Origin: Cereibacter sphaeroides 2.4.1
GTDB lineage: Bacteria > Pseudomonadota > Alphaproteobacteria > Rhodobacterales > Rhodobacteraceae
Length of the DNA: 32,000 bases
NCBI RefSeq assembly: GCF_000012905.2
Contig: NC_007494.2
Location: 150,001-182,000, forward strand
Direction of reading: 5' to 3'
Part shown: in pieces, positions 31,100 through 32,000 of the stretch
How the letters are laid out: each line of letters starts with the position of its first letter
Numbering within the stretch: position 1 is the stretch's first letter
Translations under genes and position numbers: made by a program
The notes under the pieces: model-generated
The model's input: only the letters and a program-made list of their open reading frames with translations
What the model was told of the DNA's origin: nothing
Databases searched by the model: none

Positions 31100-32000
31100 C
31101 GATGCTGCGCCTGCTGGTCCTGGTTCTGAGCCTCGCCGCCACCGCCCTTTGGGCCGGGGATGTCCGTCCGCTGGTCATGGAGGGCAAGTCCGCCCTGCCG
31201 CAGCGCGTTCTGGTGCGCGAGGCGGGCGAGCGTCTGGAGACGCCCGGCGGCCGGTCTCTGGGGCCGGTCGTGCCGCTGCAGCAGTTCTACGTCTATGCGC
31301 GTCAGGACGGCTGGGTGAAGGTCGGGCCGGGGCAGGATGGGAGCGATCTGGGCTGGCTGCCGGCCCAAGAGGTGGCCGACTGGAACCAGAACATCGTGGC
31401 CACGCTGGAGGTGACGGCGGGGCTGGAACGCACGCTGTTCTTTTCCGACTTTGATGCCGCCTATGAGGTGGTCGAGGCCGAGGACCCGGGCCGCGACGCG
31501 GCCGCGCTGCGCGCCGAGGCCGAGGCGGCCGAGCAGAGCGGGGCGCCCTCCGACCGCATCGTTGCGCTGGGGCCGCGCGAGGCGATCGACCAGCGGCAGC
31601 GGCTGCACGTCCTGCCGATCCTCTCGGCCGAGGAGGCGCTGTTCGAAAGCGGCGCCTTCGTGAACCTGCTGAAGGTGGCGGTGGCGCGCGCGCAGGCGCC
31701 GTCGGAGGCCGCGCAACCCATCGGCCAGCCGATGCGCGCGGGCATCGTCTTCGTCGTCGACACCACGCATTCCATGGCGCCGTACATCAGCGCCACCCGC
31801 GATGCGCTGCGCGAGGTCTATGGCGAGGTGGCGGCCGCGGGTCTGAGCGACCGGGTGTCCTTCGGTCTGGTGGGCTATCGCGACAGCCTGAAGGGCCAGC
31901 CGGCACTGGACTATGCTGCGCGCACCTTCGTCACCCTCGAGGAGGGGCGGACGGCCGAGGGCTTCCTCGCCGGGATCGCGCAGATGTCCGAGGCGACAGC
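31096..32000 (+). CDS. secreted von Willebrand factor A (vWA) domain protein, N-terminal part (runs off the right window edge)
   Basis: Absent from the ORF track because it is open to the window edge; I translated it by hand. The signal peptide is MTMLRLLVLVLSLAATALWAG. A possible SH3b-like segment is FYVYARQDGWVKVGPGQDGSDLGWLPAQEV. The vWA beta1/MIDAS region is AGIVFVVDTTHSMAPYI (31759-31773), followed by RVSFGLVGYRD. ATGA overlaps the kinase 2 stop. Confidence 0.8.
   Translation, partial: MTMLRLLVLVLSLAATALWAGDVRPLVMEGKSALPQRVLVREAGERLETPGGRSLGPVVPLQQFYVYARQDGWVKVGPGQDGSDLGWLPAQEVADWNQNIVATLEVTAGLERTLFFSDFDAAYEVVEAEDPGRDAAALRAEAEAAEQSGAPSDRIVALGPREAIDQRQRLHVLPILSAEEALFESGAFVNLLKVAVARAQAPSEAAQPIGQPMRAGIVFVVDTTHSMAPYISATRDALREVYGEVAAAGLSDRVSFGLVGYRDSLKGQPALDYAARTFVTLEEGRTAEGFLAGIAQMSEAT

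Noticed and set aside
23341-32000. Calling the operon a T6SS regulatory locus outright
   Set aside because: No TssA-M, Hcp, VgrG, PAAR, ClpV or PppA-like gene occurs anywhere in the window. Only sequence beyond 32,000 could change this, so the T6SS link is offered as an analogy, not an annotation.
1-32000. CRISPR arrays, IS elements or transposases, prophage genes, rRNA
   Set aside because: I noticed no spaced direct-repeat arrays, no terminal inverted repeats flanking a transposase-like ORF and no phage structural or integrase motifs. No 16S, 23S or 5S-like sequence was seen either.

Overview
Very GC-rich window (about two-thirds to 70% G+C by eye, not computed). Third-codon-position G/C bias is strong and produces many long spurious antisense ORFs. 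Gene content and codon style suggest an alphaproteobacterium, possibly Rhodobacterales-like; this is inference only. I support about 34 protein genes and one tRNA-Gly(UCC). I found no rRNA, CRISPR array, transposase or integrase. Positions 1-23,100 hold ordinary chromosomal and stress functions: a multi-PAS sensor (partial); a dmeR-dmeF-like metal efflux pair whose transporter looks frameshifted; a chemoreceptor; a MarR plus two GSTs plus VOC detox cluster; dadA; a zinc-ribbon metallopeptidase; a YeaQ/GlsB stress protein; an AI-2E permease; tRNA-Gly; a Zur-box-like site with ZinT; an FAD oxidoreductase with a YdeN-type hydrolase; DoxX with a small Cys-containing exported protein; ygiD-yqjG with a divergent LysR regulator; arsR-acr3-arsC; and a secreted peptidoglycan-binding-domain protein. 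The standout is 23,341 to the window end. It is a single-strand, translationally coupled operon of at least nine genes: small membrane protein, Hanks kinase 1, periplasmic trypsin-like protease fused through one TM helix to a cytoplasmic FHA domain, ABC ATPase, FtsX/MacB-type permease, secreted non-catalytic FGE-sulfatase-domain protein, small 2-TM protein, Hanks kinase 2 with periplasmic Sel1-like repeats, and a secreted vWA protein (truncated by the window). The parts list matches the TagR/TagS/TagT-PpkA-Fha1 threonine-phosphorylation pathway that gates the Pseudomonas H1-T6SS. However, no T6SS structural genes or PP2C phosphatase are visible, and the FHA module is wired to a protease. I regard it as a candidate undescribed envelope-sensing or conflict signalling system. 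All domain calls come from motif recognition by eye; no database search was possible.
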